This document shows, in pieces, positions 55,236-63,994 of a DNA stretch of 64,000 bases (position 1 is the stretch's first letter; each line of letters opens with the position of its first letter). Where the stretch lies: assembly GCA_011192125.1 (NCBI GenBank), contig DUEL01000019.1, positions 2,374 through 66,373 on the forward strand, in the 5' to 3' direction. Made by a program: the position numbers and the translations under genes. This DNA is from Thermoflexia bacterium (GTDB taxonomy: Bacteria > Chloroflexota > Anaerolineae > B4-G1 > DUEL01). Below the pieces are notes generated by a model that saw only the letters and a program-made list of their open reading frames with translations, was not told the origin of the DNA and searched no databases.

Positions 55236-56486
55236 CTAGAGGACCAGGGCATCGGCCACCAGGTCGATCACTCCCTTGATCTCCACATCCAGTTTGTAGT
55301 GCTCGTTCAGGTCCCGTAACTGCGCCTTACAGTTCTCGCAGGCGGTGACCACCCACTTTGCGCCGGTGCGCTGGATCTGCTCGACCTTCTTCCGGCCGGC
55401 CTTCATCCGCACCTCTTTCATCTCCGGCGCAGCGACCAGCCCTCCGCCCCCACCACAGCACCAGTTCAGTTCCCGATTGGGGGTCAGTTCGCGGAAGTCC
55501 GTCGCCACCGACCGGATCAGCAGCCTCGGCTCCTCAAATATACCACCGTTCCGCCCCAGGTTGCACGGGTCGTGATAGGTCAGCGGCACGTCGAAGGTAC
55601 CGGGCTGCACGCGGATCCTGCCCTCTTGCAGGTAGTCTGCTACCAGTTGGAGGATGTTGACCCGCTCGATGCCCGCGATCTCGTCGCCGAACCAGCCCTC
55701 AAAGAAGGAGAACAGTGTGCGGGTCGCGTGGCCGCACTCAGGGTAAGCGATCACCTTCACTCCTAGCCGCTTGGCTTCCTCCACGATCCAACGGGCAGCC
55801 TGCTTCGCCTTCGCCATGTCGCCCACGAAGTAGGAGTGATTGGTCGCGGTGAAAAGGCTTAGAGTCCAATCTTCTCCGGCAGCGTGGAAGATCTTGGCCG
55901 CGGGGACGATAGCGTGCTCACCGACCAGAGGGACGTAGAGGACGCGGGCCCCCTCCTTCTCCACCGGGATCTGGAGGTCGCTGGCGAACTCCTCCTGCAG
56001 CCGGGCCTCCAGCGACTTCACCTGCTCCAGGTAGAAATCCTTGATCATATCGATGATCTCGCCCTTGCTGACCTCGGCGTTGCCGATCTCGGCGATCATC
56101 TCCGGTCCGATCCCCTCCTGGAGCAGCGTGTATCGGCCGGCCGAGATCATCAGCGCTGTATCCAGGTCGAACGGGCAGAAGACGGCGCAGCGACGGCAGC
56201 CGGTGCACTCCCACATCGCCTTCTCCAGTTCCTCCACCGCCCGACCATCAAGCATCCCGAGGTCCCGGTACCAACGCACCAGTTCATTCGACCCGTTCCC
56301 GCCCTGGGTCAGCCGCTTGGCGAGCATCACGCGGTAGGCCGGGATGTGGGCCGGATCCCGCGAGTAGGAGTAAAAGTGGCAGGCATCGATACAAGCCCCG
56401 CAGCGCACACAGACGTCGTAATAATATTGCAGGGGCCGGCTGATCCGTTGTCGAAGGTTCTGTACCAGTTGTGTCAACACACCCAT
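55236..56486 (-). CDS. HdrD/DsrK-like Fe-S protein with CCG domains
   Basis: 416 aa. CVRCGACIDACHF and CTGCRRCAVFCPF ferredoxin motifs. CCG-type motifs YHDPCNLGR and NWCCGGGGG. Confidence 0.85.
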   Translation of the reverse strand: MGVLTQLVQNLRQRISRPLQYYYDVCVRCGACIDACHFYSYSRDPAHIPAYRVMLAKRLTQGGNGSNELVRWYRDLGMLDGRAVEELEKAMWECTGCRRCAVFCPFDLDTALMISAGRYTLLQEGIGPEMIAEIGNAEVSKGEIIDMIKDFYLEQVKSLEARLQEEFASDLQIPVEKEGARVLYVPLVGEHAIVPAAKIFHAAGEDWTLSLFTATNHSYFVGDMAKAKQAARWIVEEAKRLGVKVIAYPECGHATRTLFSFFEGWFGDEIAGIERVNILQLVADYLQEGRIRVQPGTFDVPLTYHDPCNLGRNGGIFEEPRLLIRSVATDFRELTPNRELNWCCGGGGGLVAAPEMKEVRMKAGRKKVEQIQRTGAKWVVTACENCKAQLRDLNEHYKLDVEIKGVIDLVADALVL

Positions 56487-56495
56487 CGCCGCCTC

Positions 56496-57209
56496 CTAAC
56501 TCCGCGCCACCATCTTGGAGAACATCCCCCCGATGGTGTGCATCAGTTTGCTGAACGGGAAGTAGACCATCAGGATCTGAACGAAGGCGAAATGGTAGAT
56601 GAAAGCCGTGCCTGTGCTGGTCGGGGCTGGCTGCCACTGGAAAGTGGCAAGACCGCGGAAGAACGTGTGCAGTTCATCGACCGCCACACGGGTGAGCAGT
56701 CGCATATGGAACCCGGTCAACGCGATGGTGATCAAGAGGAACAGGAGGAAATAATCCTCAGGGGTCGAAAGCCACTTGACCGGACCGCTCCACCGCCGCG
56801 CCAGGAGATAGAAAAGGGGCACGGTGAACAGGATCCCGGCGATCGTCCCGGCCACGGCGGAGAACTGGTGCTGCTGCTCCTCCCCCCACTGGAGAAGGTC
56901 CCAGAGGAAGTAGAAGTCGGTGAAGGCGCGGATATGACCGATCAGGATGAGAAGCAGCCCCAGATGCATAACGAATCCCCCGATCCAGAGCGGTTTGTTC
57001 ACGCGGAGCAACCCCTTCAGGGTAAACACGTCGACCAGGGCGTCGAGCAAACGGCCTGCCCGCCCGCGCGGACGGGGATAGAGGGAAAGGTGGGACGTCA
57101 CCGGCGGCCGTTTCCACCACCGGTACAGCCGATAGCCGATACCACCGAAGAAAACAGCGACCGCTATGTAAGGCGTAATGTAGTAGAACAGGAAGGCAAC
57201 CACTTCCAT
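56496..57209 (-). CDS. NarI/DsrM/HdrE-like membrane di-heme cytochrome b
   Basis: 237 aa, ~5 TM helices. His pairs in FVMHLGLLLILIGHIRAF and later helices, typical of the nitrate-reductase gamma fold. Confidence 0.8.
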   Translation of the reverse strand: MEVVAFLFYYITPYIAVAVFFGGIGYRLYRWWKRPPVTSHLSLYPRPRGRAGRLLDALVDVFTLKGLLRVNKPLWIGGFVMHLGLLLILIGHIRAFTDFYFLWDLLQWGEEQQHQFSAVAGTIAGILFTVPLFYLLARRWSGPVKWLSTPEDYFLLFLLITIALTGFHMRLLTRVAVDELHTFFRGLATFQWQPAPTSTGTAFIYHFAFVQILMVYFPFSKLMHTIGGMFSKMVARS

Positions 57210-57278
57210 TACTCGCTGACCTCCTGAAGGAAGGGGGGAGAGAACGCCGCCGGCATCCCCTCCCCCTCTACAACGGGA

Positions 57279-57521
57279 CTAGTTGGTACGGCGGATAAAG
57301 AAGACGAACACGCCCTCGCCTTGCTCCATCTTGACCAGTTCGTTGCCGGTGCTCTTGCACCAGGCCGTGATGTCGGCCATCGATCCCGGGTCGGTCGCCA
57401 TCACCTTGAGGATGCCACCGACAGAGACGTTCTTGATCTCCTGGCTGGTCTTGACCACCGGCATGGGGCACTGTAAACCCCGCGCGTCCAGTTCCTTTTC
57501 CGGAGTCAGTTCTTCGCTCAT
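57279..57521 (-). CDS. tusA: TusA/SirA-family sulfurtransferase
   Basis: ATG at 57521 behind GAGGAGGA. Active-site motif LDARGLQCPMPVV. Confidence 0.85.
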   Translation of the reverse strand: MSEELTPEKELDARGLQCPMPVVKTSQEIKNVSVGGILKVMATDPGSMADITAWCKSTGNELVKMEQGEGVFVFFIRRTN

Positions 57522-57550
57522 CCTATCCTCCTCTCTCAAAACTTGAAACC

Positions 57551-57575
57551 CTCTGTGTCCTCTGTGTCTCAGTGG
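57551..57575. repeat. Solo arm of the palindromic element family
   Basis: CTCTGTGTCCTCTGTGTCTCAGTGG between the dsrE-like and tusA genes. No partner arm found. Confidence 0.7.
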
Positions 57576-58055
57576 TTAGATGAACAGCGTAATATCAGCC
57601 TGCTGTGCCTCGAGGACGTAGGTGGCGGCACCGACCACGTCGGCCACCTCGTCGATCAGGTCCTCGCGGTCGATCTCCATCACGTCCATACTCATCTGGC
57701 AGGCCAGCAACTTGACCCCCATATCGATCGCCATCTGGCGGAGTTCGGGCAACGAGGTGACCCCCTTGTCCTTCATCATCTTCTTGAACATCCAGCGGCC
57801 CATGCCGCCCATGTTCAGTTTGCTCGGGCCAACGCCGTCGATGTCCTTGAGGAACATGCTCAGCATCCGACCGAAGAGCCCCTTGCCGGTTCCCTTCTTC
57901 TTCTTGATCGCCTGAAGGCCCCAGAACGTGAAGAACATCGACGTCTCCATCCCCATCGCAGCGGCCGTCGTGGCGATGATGAAGGCCGCCATCACGCGGT
58001 CCATGTCGCCGCTGAAGACGACGATCGATGCTCTCTTGGTCCCGTTCTCGCTCAT
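57576..58055 (-). CDS. DsrE/DsrF-like (DrsE_2-type) sulfur-relay protein
   Basis: 159 aa. SIVVFSGDMDRVMAAFIIATTAAAMGMETSMFFTFWG ... LLACQMSMDVM. SD GGAGGAG. Confidence 0.8.
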   Translation of the reverse strand: MSENGTKRASIVVFSGDMDRVMAAFIIATTAAAMGMETSMFFTFWGLQAIKKKKGTGKGLFGRMLSMFLKDIDGVGPSKLNMGGMGRWMFKKMMKDKGVTSLPELRQMAIDMGVKLLACQMSMDVMEIDREDLIDEVADVVGAATYVLEAQQADITLFI

Positions 58056-58108
58056 TCTGACTCCTCCTGATGGATTGGTTTTCCGCTCGACAAGCCGCGC
58101 AGCGCGGC

Positions 58109-58459
58109 CTACTCACTTTTCTGGGGGACGACCTGATCCACCAGATCGGCCTGACGAGCCAAAAGGTCCGCCAGGACCGCCCGCAACAAGTCCAACGCCT
58201 CGATGACCCGACGGTCGGTCAGCGCGTAGTAGACCTCAGTGCCCCGCCGCTCGCTCTGGACGAGCCCCCGCTCGCGGAGGATGCGCAGGTGGTGGGAAAC
58301 CGTCGGCTGCGGCAGATCGAGGGCTTCTGCCAAATCGGTCACCCGACGGGGGCCATCGGCAAGGTAATAGAGGAGCAGGATCCGCTTCGGATCCGCCAAC
58401 CCGCGGCACACCTGGGCATGCAGTAGGTTCACTTCGTTGCGTAGGGATCTGTCTTCCAT
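58109..58459 (-). CDS. ArsR/SmtB-family regulator (paralog 2)
   Basis: 116 aa. LHAQVCRGLADPKRILLLYYLADGPRRVTDLAEALDLPQPTVSHHLRILRERGLV. Roughly 60 percent identical by eye to 52207-52587. Confidence 0.85.
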   Translation of the reverse strand: MEDRSLRNEVNLLHAQVCRGLADPKRILLLYYLADGPRRVTDLAEALDLPQPTVSHHLRILRERGLVQSERRGTEVYYALTDRRVIEALDLLRAVLADLLARQADLVDQVVPQKSE

Positions 58460-58475
58460 TGCTGTGAATATCTAA

Positions 58476-58487
58476 ATATCTCGATAT
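58476..58487. promoter_or_regulatory. Candidate operator: inverted repeat ATATC-TC-GATAT
   Basis: AT-rich region just upstream of ArsR paralog 2, preceded by the direct repeat AATATCT AAATATCT. Confidence 0.3.
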
Positions 58488-58549
58488 GTAAATTATACTA
58501 CAACTCTTAAATCGCGCAAGTGACAGGTCCGGGGTTTAGTGCAGAGAGG

Positions 58550-59605
58550 TCAACCAGCGGTCGCCAACACTCCCGCCACGAGGCCGAAGCAGCCGGTAAG
58601 CATCATGTCGCCGTAAGGGGCGGCGAAGTGGTACCCCAGGTCCTTCGCCATATGTCGCTGCGGGCCGGTCACCGCCACGAAGGTGAACCCATCGCCTGGC
58701 CGGTAGTCCGGCGAGATGAAAGCGCCGTGCCCGTGGTCTGCGTACACCTCCTCGTCCGTCAACACCCCTTCCCGCAACCGGTTGACCAAGCGGGTCAATT
58801 TCTCCGGGTCCATCAGCACCGTGTGATGCTCGAACAGGCCCAGGATACGATGTCCCTGCAGCAACACGCCCAGCGTGTGCTGGTTGCCCACGTTGACGGC
58901 GATGAACCCCTCATCCTGATGGGCCGCCGCCACGGGGTCCTGCAGGATCCCCCACAGGGCCGCCGGGCCGGTATCCATCAGGACCGCGCCGGGGACGTCC
59001 TGCTGGACCGCCTGCATCCGCGTGTAGTGGTCCGGCACGTCCCAGTAGACCAGATCCTCCATCCGCCCGCCCGCCTCGAGGAACTGCCGCCAGAGTCGGA
59101 AGCGGAACTGCCGGTTCGACCCCTCCAGGCACCGACCGTGGTCCTGCACCGCCACCGCCACCGTCTCCGGCAGGTCCACATCGAAAGGGGTCAGCGCCCG
59201 TGCGATCACCTCCAGATCCACGTCGCGGGTGCGCAGCGTCAGCAGGTCGGGGTCGTCCGGCGGCTCCTCGACGATGGTATACCCCCGCTCCCGCACCTGG
59301 TCCAGATTATCCCGGATCGTCAGCGCGGCCCGCGGCGTCACATAGACCGGCAGACCAGCCCGCAGGTGGCGCTTCATCGCGCTGACGACCGGCCCGCCGC
59401 CCATCAGGTTGCCGGTGAGAAAGATAGGCCGCCCCTCCCGCGTAGCCTGCTTCACCCGCCGGGCCAGCACTGTGGTCCAAGAGGGCAGCACCAACTTGAC
59501 GTTGTTCTCCATCGGCTGCCCGGCCTCCCAGAGCAGGATGTCCTGGGTGCCCGCGCCGACGTCGATGGCCAAAATCCGGTCGATCTTCACGGCATCCTCT
59601 CCCAT
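58550..59605 (-). CDS. DUF1786-like ASKHA-fold protein
   Basis: Start at ATG 59605 (or GTG 59590, overlapping the moeA stop). ILAIDVGAGTQDILL phosphate-1-like motif. Confidence 0.7.
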   Translation of the reverse strand: MGEDAVKIDRILAIDVGAGTQDILLWEAGQPMENNVKLVLPSWTTVLARRVKQATREGRPIFLTGNLMGGGPVVSAMKRHLRAGLPVYVTPRAALTIRDNLDQVRERGYTIVEEPPDDPDLLTLRTRDVDLEVIARALTPFDVDLPETVAVAVQDHGRCLEGSNRQFRFRLWRQFLEAGGRMEDLVYWDVPDHYTRMQAVQQDVPGAVLMDTGPAALWGILQDPVAAAHQDEGFIAVNVGNQHTLGVLLQGHRILGLFEHHTVLMDPEKLTRLVNRLREGVLTDEEVYADHGHGAFISPDYRPGDGFTFVAVTGPQRHMAKDLGYHFAAPYGDMMLTGCFGLVAGVLATAG

Positions 59606-60825
59606 CGCAACCACAACACCTCCACCTCGGTCCCGGCGGGGAGAGACGTGATCCCCTCTGGGATCACCGCCAGGCCGTCGGCCAGGACCAGGGAGTTGAG
59701 GATCCCCGAGCCCTGATCTCCGGTGAGCCGGGCCTCGTACCCGTCTTCCGTCTCCCGGAGCACCACGCGCACGTAGTGACGCCGTTCGTCCTTGCTGGGG
59801 ATGGGGTCGAGCAACCGGGCCCGCACCGTGGGCCAGGGCCACTCGGTGAACCCTTGCATCTTCAGGAGGGCCGGCCGGGCGAACATCAGGGTGCCGATCA
59901 TCGCCGAGACCGGATTGCCGGGCAACCCCAGAAGCGGCACGCCTGCCACCACTCCGAAGGCCAGCGGTCGCCCTGGCTTCATGTTCAGCGACCAGAACCG
60001 CATCTCCCCTTCCGCCGCCAGCACCTGCTTCACCAGGTCGAAATCGCCGACCGACACGCCGCCGGAGGTGATGATGAAGTCGGCCCGCTGCTCCAGCGCC
60101 CGGCGGATCCCTTCCCGCACCAGCTCCTCCTGATCGCGGGCGACACCGAGGGGGATGGGGATGCCCCCCACGTACCGGACCAGAGCGGAGACGGTGTAGG
60201 TGTTGGCGTCGTAGATCTGGGCGGGTCCGGGCTCCTGACCCGGCGACACCACCTCGTCCCCGGTCGCCAGGATCGCGACGCGCGGTCGACGGATCACCGC
60301 CACCTCCGTTCGCCCCAGCGCGGCCAGCATCCCGATCTCCTGGGGACGGAGCACCTTGCCCGGCGAGAGAACCTCCTGCCCCGCCCGCACGTCCTCCCCC
60401 GCCGGCCGGACGTTCTTTCCCTTCGAGATCGGCACCAAGACCTCGACCCAGTCCCCTTCCAGACGGGTGTCCTCGAACCGGACGACGGTGTCGGCCCCCT
60501 CGGGGATCGGAGCGCCGGTCATGATGCGGACCGCCGTCCCGGGCCCCACCCGCGCCTCGCAGACGTACCCCGCCGCCGCCTCACCGATCACGCGCAGTCG
60601 CACCGGAGCCTGGGCGACGTCCTCCCCCCGCACCGCGTACCCGTCCATCGCCGAGTTGCCCAGCGGCGGGATGTTTCGGCTAGCGACGACCGGCTCAGCC
60701 AGCACCCGCCCCAGCGCGTCCAGGATGGAGACTCGCTCCGGCTCCAGCACCCGGACCGCCTCCAGGATCCGCTCACGGGCCTCCTCGACGCTCAGCGTGG
60801 GCCTTCGTCCGTGTCGCTTATGCAT
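59587..60825 (-). CDS. moeA: Molybdopterin molybdenum/tungsten transferase
   Basis: Start at MHKRHGRRPTLSVEEARERIL. PLGNSAMDGYAV, GLPGNPVSA. ATGCATAA overlap with the upstream gene. Confidence 0.9.
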   Translation of the reverse strand: MHKRHGRRPTLSVEEARERILEAVRVLEPERVSILDALGRVLAEPVVASRNIPPLGNSAMDGYAVRGEDVAQAPVRLRVIGEAAAGYVCEARVGPGTAVRIMTGAPIPEGADTVVRFEDTRLEGDWVEVLVPISKGKNVRPAGEDVRAGQEVLSPGKVLRPQEIGMLAALGRTEVAVIRRPRVAILATGDEVVSPGQEPGPAQIYDANTYTVSALVRYVGGIPIPLGVARDQEELVREGIRRALEQRADFIITSGGVSVGDFDLVKQVLAAEGEMRFWSLNMKPGRPLAFGVVAGVPLLGLPGNPVSAMIGTLMFARPALLKMQGFTEWPWPTVRARLLDPIPSKDERRHYVRVVLRETEDGYEARLTGDQGSGILNSLVLADGLAVIPEGITSLPAGTEVEVLWLRWERMP

Positions 60826-61330
60826 GGTGTGCCTCCCCGTGCGGATGGTGTTCCGTGTCGATCCCCCGCGCCATCTGGACCGCGTGGGGGAGGATCGGGG
60901 CCAGGATCCGCAGCCCATCACGGACCGCCTTGGGACTGCCTGGCAGGTTGATGATCAACGTCTGTCCCCGCAGCCCGGCGACCCCCCGAGAGATGACCGC
61001 CATCGGGGTCTGTCGGTACCCCTCGAACCGGAGCACCTCCGCCAATCCAGGCACCTCCCGGTCGATGACCGCCCGGGTCGCCTCCGGCGTGCGGTCCCGC
61101 GGCGTCAGTCCTGTCCCTCCGGTGGTGAGTACCAGATCCAGGTCCTCCCGATCCGCCCATTCGACCAGCACTTCCTGGATCTGTTGGGGCTCGTCGGGGA
61201 CGATCGTCCGCCGCACCACCTCGATCCCCATCTTCGCCAGGAGATCGGCCATCATCGCACCGCTCACGTCCTCCCGCTCTCCGGCGTACCCTTTATCGCT
61301 GATAGTGACAACCCCCGCTCGAATCCTCAT
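60818..61330 (-). CDS. MoaB/MogA-family molybdenum cofactor biosynthesis protein
   Basis: 170 aa. GVVTISDKG, LVLTTGGTGLTPRDRTPEA, INLPGSPKA. Confidence 0.85.
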   Translation of the reverse strand: MRIRAGVVTISDKGYAGEREDVSGAMMADLLAKMGIEVVRRTIVPDEPQQIQEVLVEWADREDLDLVLTTGGTGLTPRDRTPEATRAVIDREVPGLAEVLRFEGYRQTPMAVISRGVAGLRGQTLIINLPGSPKAVRDGLRILAPILPHAVQMARGIDTEHHPHGEAHHA

Positions 61331-61337
61331 CCCTCCC

Positions 61338-61400
61338 TGACCTCTGACGTTTGACGCTTGACGTATGACGCTTGACGCCCGACGTTTGACGCCTGATTAT
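61338..61400. repeat. Heptanucleotide tandem array, 9 units of TGACGYN type
   Basis: TGACCTC TGACGTT TGACGCT TGACGTA TGACGCT TGACGCC CGACGTT TGACGCC TGATTAT, immediately upstream of the moaB/mog start. Confidence 0.9.
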
Positions 61401-61493
61401 ACGATGGGAAAGAGCGGATGACAACCGAACGGTTGCACATAGACCTCGCTGTAGTATAATGAGTGCACATATCCACGACCGGAGGCAACCCGG

Positions 61494-62453
61494 ATGCAGA
61501 AGCAGAAAGCACTCCCCGGCCTGGTGCTGATATTGTTCCTTCTCACCGCGTGCAGTCCGGCAGTCTCACCCCCCACAGCAGCCCCACCGCCAGGGGGAGC
61601 CGTCGCCGAAGGGACCGTCGCCCCCACGCCGATCCCTGCCTCCCCCACCGCCGACCGCCCACTCGCCGCCCGGGTCAACGGCCAACCCATCTACCTGGTG
61701 GATTACGAACGGCAGGTCGCCCGGTACGAGGCGGCGATGATCTCCTCCGGTGTGGACCTCTCCACCGAAGAGGGGCAGGCTCAGTTGCTCCAGCTCCGCC
61801 AGGATGTCCTCACCGGCATGATTGAGCAGGCCCTCGTCGAGCAGGCGGCAGCGCGGGAAGGGATCACGGTGAGCGACGAGGAGGTGGAGGCTGCGCTGGC
61901 CCAACTCATCGAGGAGGTCGGCGGAGAAGAGGCGTTCCAGCAACAACTGGAGCAGAACGGCCTCACCGTGGAGGAGGTGCGCGAAGGCCAGAGGGCGACG
62001 ATGCTCTACCAGAAGGTCTTCGAATGGGTCACCTCCTCGGTGCCCGAGACCGCCGAGCACGTCCATGCCCGCCACATCCTGGTGGACACCCGGGAGGAGG
62101 CGGAGCAGTTACTGGCTCAGCTCCAGGCCGGTGCGGATTTCGCCGAACTGGCCCGGCGGTACTCCCAGGACGAGAGCACCCGGGAGGCAGGAGGCGACCT
62201 GGGATGGTTCCCCCGTGGCGTCCTGCTGGCCCCGGAGGTCGAAGAGGCCGCCTTCAGCCTCCAGGCTGGCCAGATCAGCCCGGTCGTTCAAAGCCCCTTC
62301 GGCTACCACATCGTCCAGGTCCTCGAGCGGGATCCCAACCGGTCTCTCAGTCCGGAGAACCTGCAACTGCTCAAGAGCCGGGTCTTCCAGGAGTGGCTGG
62401 ATAACCTGTGGGCGGAGGCGCAGATCGAACGGTTTGTGAATCTCTCCCCTTAA
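61494..62453 (+). CDS. SurA/PrsA-like parvulin peptidyl-prolyl isomerase lipoprotein
   Basis: Lipobox LLTAC. Parvulin domain HARHILV...GGDLGWFPRG...SPFGYHIVQV. Confidence 0.85.
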   Translation: MQKQKALPGLVLILFLLTACSPAVSPPTAAPPPGGAVAEGTVAPTPIPASPTADRPLAARVNGQPIYLVDYERQVARYEAAMISSGVDLSTEEGQAQLLQLRQDVLTGMIEQALVEQAAAREGITVSDEEVEAALAQLIEEVGGEEAFQQQLEQNGLTVEEVREGQRATMLYQKVFEWVTSSVPETAEHVHARHILVDTREEAEQLLAQLQAGADFAELARRYSQDESTREAGGDLGWFPRGVLLAPEVEEAAFSLQAGQISPVVQSPFGYHIVQVLERDPNRSLSPENLQLLKSRVFQEWLDNLWAEAQIERFVNLSP

Positions 62454-62483
62454 AGAGGGGACCAGAGGGCGGAGGGCGAAGCG

Positions 62484-63200
62484 ATGAAAACCGGCGGCTC
62501 GACCGTCCTGAACAGCCTGAGCATCGGCCTGCTGGCTCTAACTTTGGTGACCCTGATCGGCTACCTGGTCATCTTGATCAACCCCTACATCTTCTTCAAC
62601 CCGTTCCCGCCTCCGCGAAGAGCAGCGGTCTCTCCGACCCCCTTCGTGCTCCCCACTCCGTCGCTTCCGCCGACCTGGACGCCGACGCCTACCTTCACCC
62701 CCTTACCGACCGCTACTCCCCGTCCCACTCGCACGCCGACCAGCACGCCCACCGCCACCGCCACCTGGCCCCCCACCCCTACCCCCACCCCACGGGTCAC
62801 CCGAGCCCCCTATCCCTTCACCTGCGAGGTCATCTACCGCCGTCCAGAGTACGACCACTGGTCGGGCGTGGCCGGCCATTTCCAGGACCTGGACGGCAAT
62901 CCCCTCCCCGGCTACCGTGTCCGCGTCCAGTGCCCTGGCGTTCCCCAGATCTTTGACCTAGTAGCCGGTGCGGACGCCCGGTTCAACCTGATTTACGGCA
63001 ACGAGGCTGCCTGGGAGCGCTCCTGCGACCCCACAGCCTACCGCATGATGCAGATCCAGGTACAGGTGTGGTGCAAAGAGCCCGACGCCCAGGGTAACTG
63101 CGCTCCGCTTTCCGAGCCAATCACTGTGGAACTGGGAGGATACGCCAGCGCATCCCTCGGGTACGTCGTTTGCACCCTGAACTGGGAGAATTGGCGCTGA
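62484..63200 (+). CDS. Membrane-anchored PT-rich protein with Cys-containing C-terminal domain
   Basis: 238 aa. One TM helix, PT linker, and a C-terminal ~130 aa with 6 Cys. No family recognised. Confidence 0.65.
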   Translation: MKTGGSTVLNSLSIGLLALTLVTLIGYLVILINPYIFFNPFPPPRRAAVSPTPFVLPTPSLPPTWTPTPTFTPLPTATPRPTRTPTSTPTATATWPPTPTPTPRVTRAPYPFTCEVIYRRPEYDHWSGVAGHFQDLDGNPLPGYRVRVQCPGVPQIFDLVAGADARFNLIYGNEAAWERSCDPTAYRMMQIQVQVWCKEPDAQGNCAPLSEPITVELGGYASASLGYVVCTLNWENWR

Positions 63201-63259
63201 GCCGCACAGGGAGCATCACTCGTTTTCAGCAGGCACAGGAAGCAGGAAGGAGGGAACCG

Positions 63260-63994
63260 TTGACCAAGAGACGCGTCCGCACGGGCGTACCCGGCCTGGA
63301 CGAGATGCTGCACGGGGGATTCCTGCCTGGATCGGTGGTGCTTATCCGAGGTGCTCCTGGCACAGGCAAAACCTCCCTTGGGCTGCAGTTCCTCATCCAC
63401 GGCGCGACCGAAGAGCACGAACCCGGCTTGCTGATCTCTTTTGAGGAGTTCCCCCGTTCCTTGTATCGGGACGCTGCCTCGTTGGGATGGGACCTGGAGA
63501 GCCTGGAACGAGAACAACGGCTGCACCTGATGTTCACCTCGCCAGAGGTCTTTCTCGCCGGTCTGGAGACGCCGGAGAGCATCATCGACCGGCTGATCAG
63601 GGAACACGACATCCGTCGGGTCGTGCTGGATAGCATCACTCACTTTAACCGGCTGGCCCACGACCCCCACGAACTGCGCCAGATCTACACGCGGGTAGCC
63701 AACGGCCTGCGGCGAGAGGGGATCACGAGCCTGCTCCTGGGCGAGGAGGCCCGCTCCGAAGCCGTCCGGGCAGACAAGGGCGGCCTGGCCTTCGTCGTCG
63801 AGACCATCATCCTCCTCCGGTACGTCGAGGTGGAGAGCGCGATTCGGCGGGCGATCGTCGTCCTGAAGATGCGGGGCTCCGACCACGACAAAGCGATCCG
63901 GCAATACGAGATCCACAAGGGCGGACTGGTCATCGGCGACGTGTTCGAGGGGCGACAGGGGCTCCTGCGGGGGATCTCCTACCGGGCCACGTAG
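63260..63994 (+). CDS. Single-domain KaiC/RecA-superfamily ATPase
   Basis: TTG at 63260 behind GGAAGGAGGG is preferred over the track's TTG at 63170. GVPGLDEMLHGG, Walker A GAPGTGKTS, Walker B VVLDS, KMRGSDHDK. Confidence 0.8.
   Translation: MTKRRVRTGVPGLDEMLHGGFLPGSVVLIRGAPGTGKTSLGLQFLIHGATEEHEPGLLISFEEFPRSLYRDAASLGWDLESLEREQRLHLMFTSPEVFLAGLETPESIIDRLIREHDIRRVVLDSITHFNRLAHDPHELRQIYTRVANGLRREGITSLLLGEEARSEAVRADKGGLAFVVETIILLRYVEVESAIRRAIVVLKMRGSDHDKAIRQYEIHKGGLVIGDVFEGRQGLLRGISYRAT

Noticed and set aside
63170-63259. Track start (TTG at 63170) for the KaiC-like gene, overlapping the preceding gene by 31 nt.
   Set aside because: An in-frame TTG at 63260 sits 5 nt after a GGAAGGAGGG SD, just before the conserved GVPGLDEML region. 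The longer form is possible but less likely.
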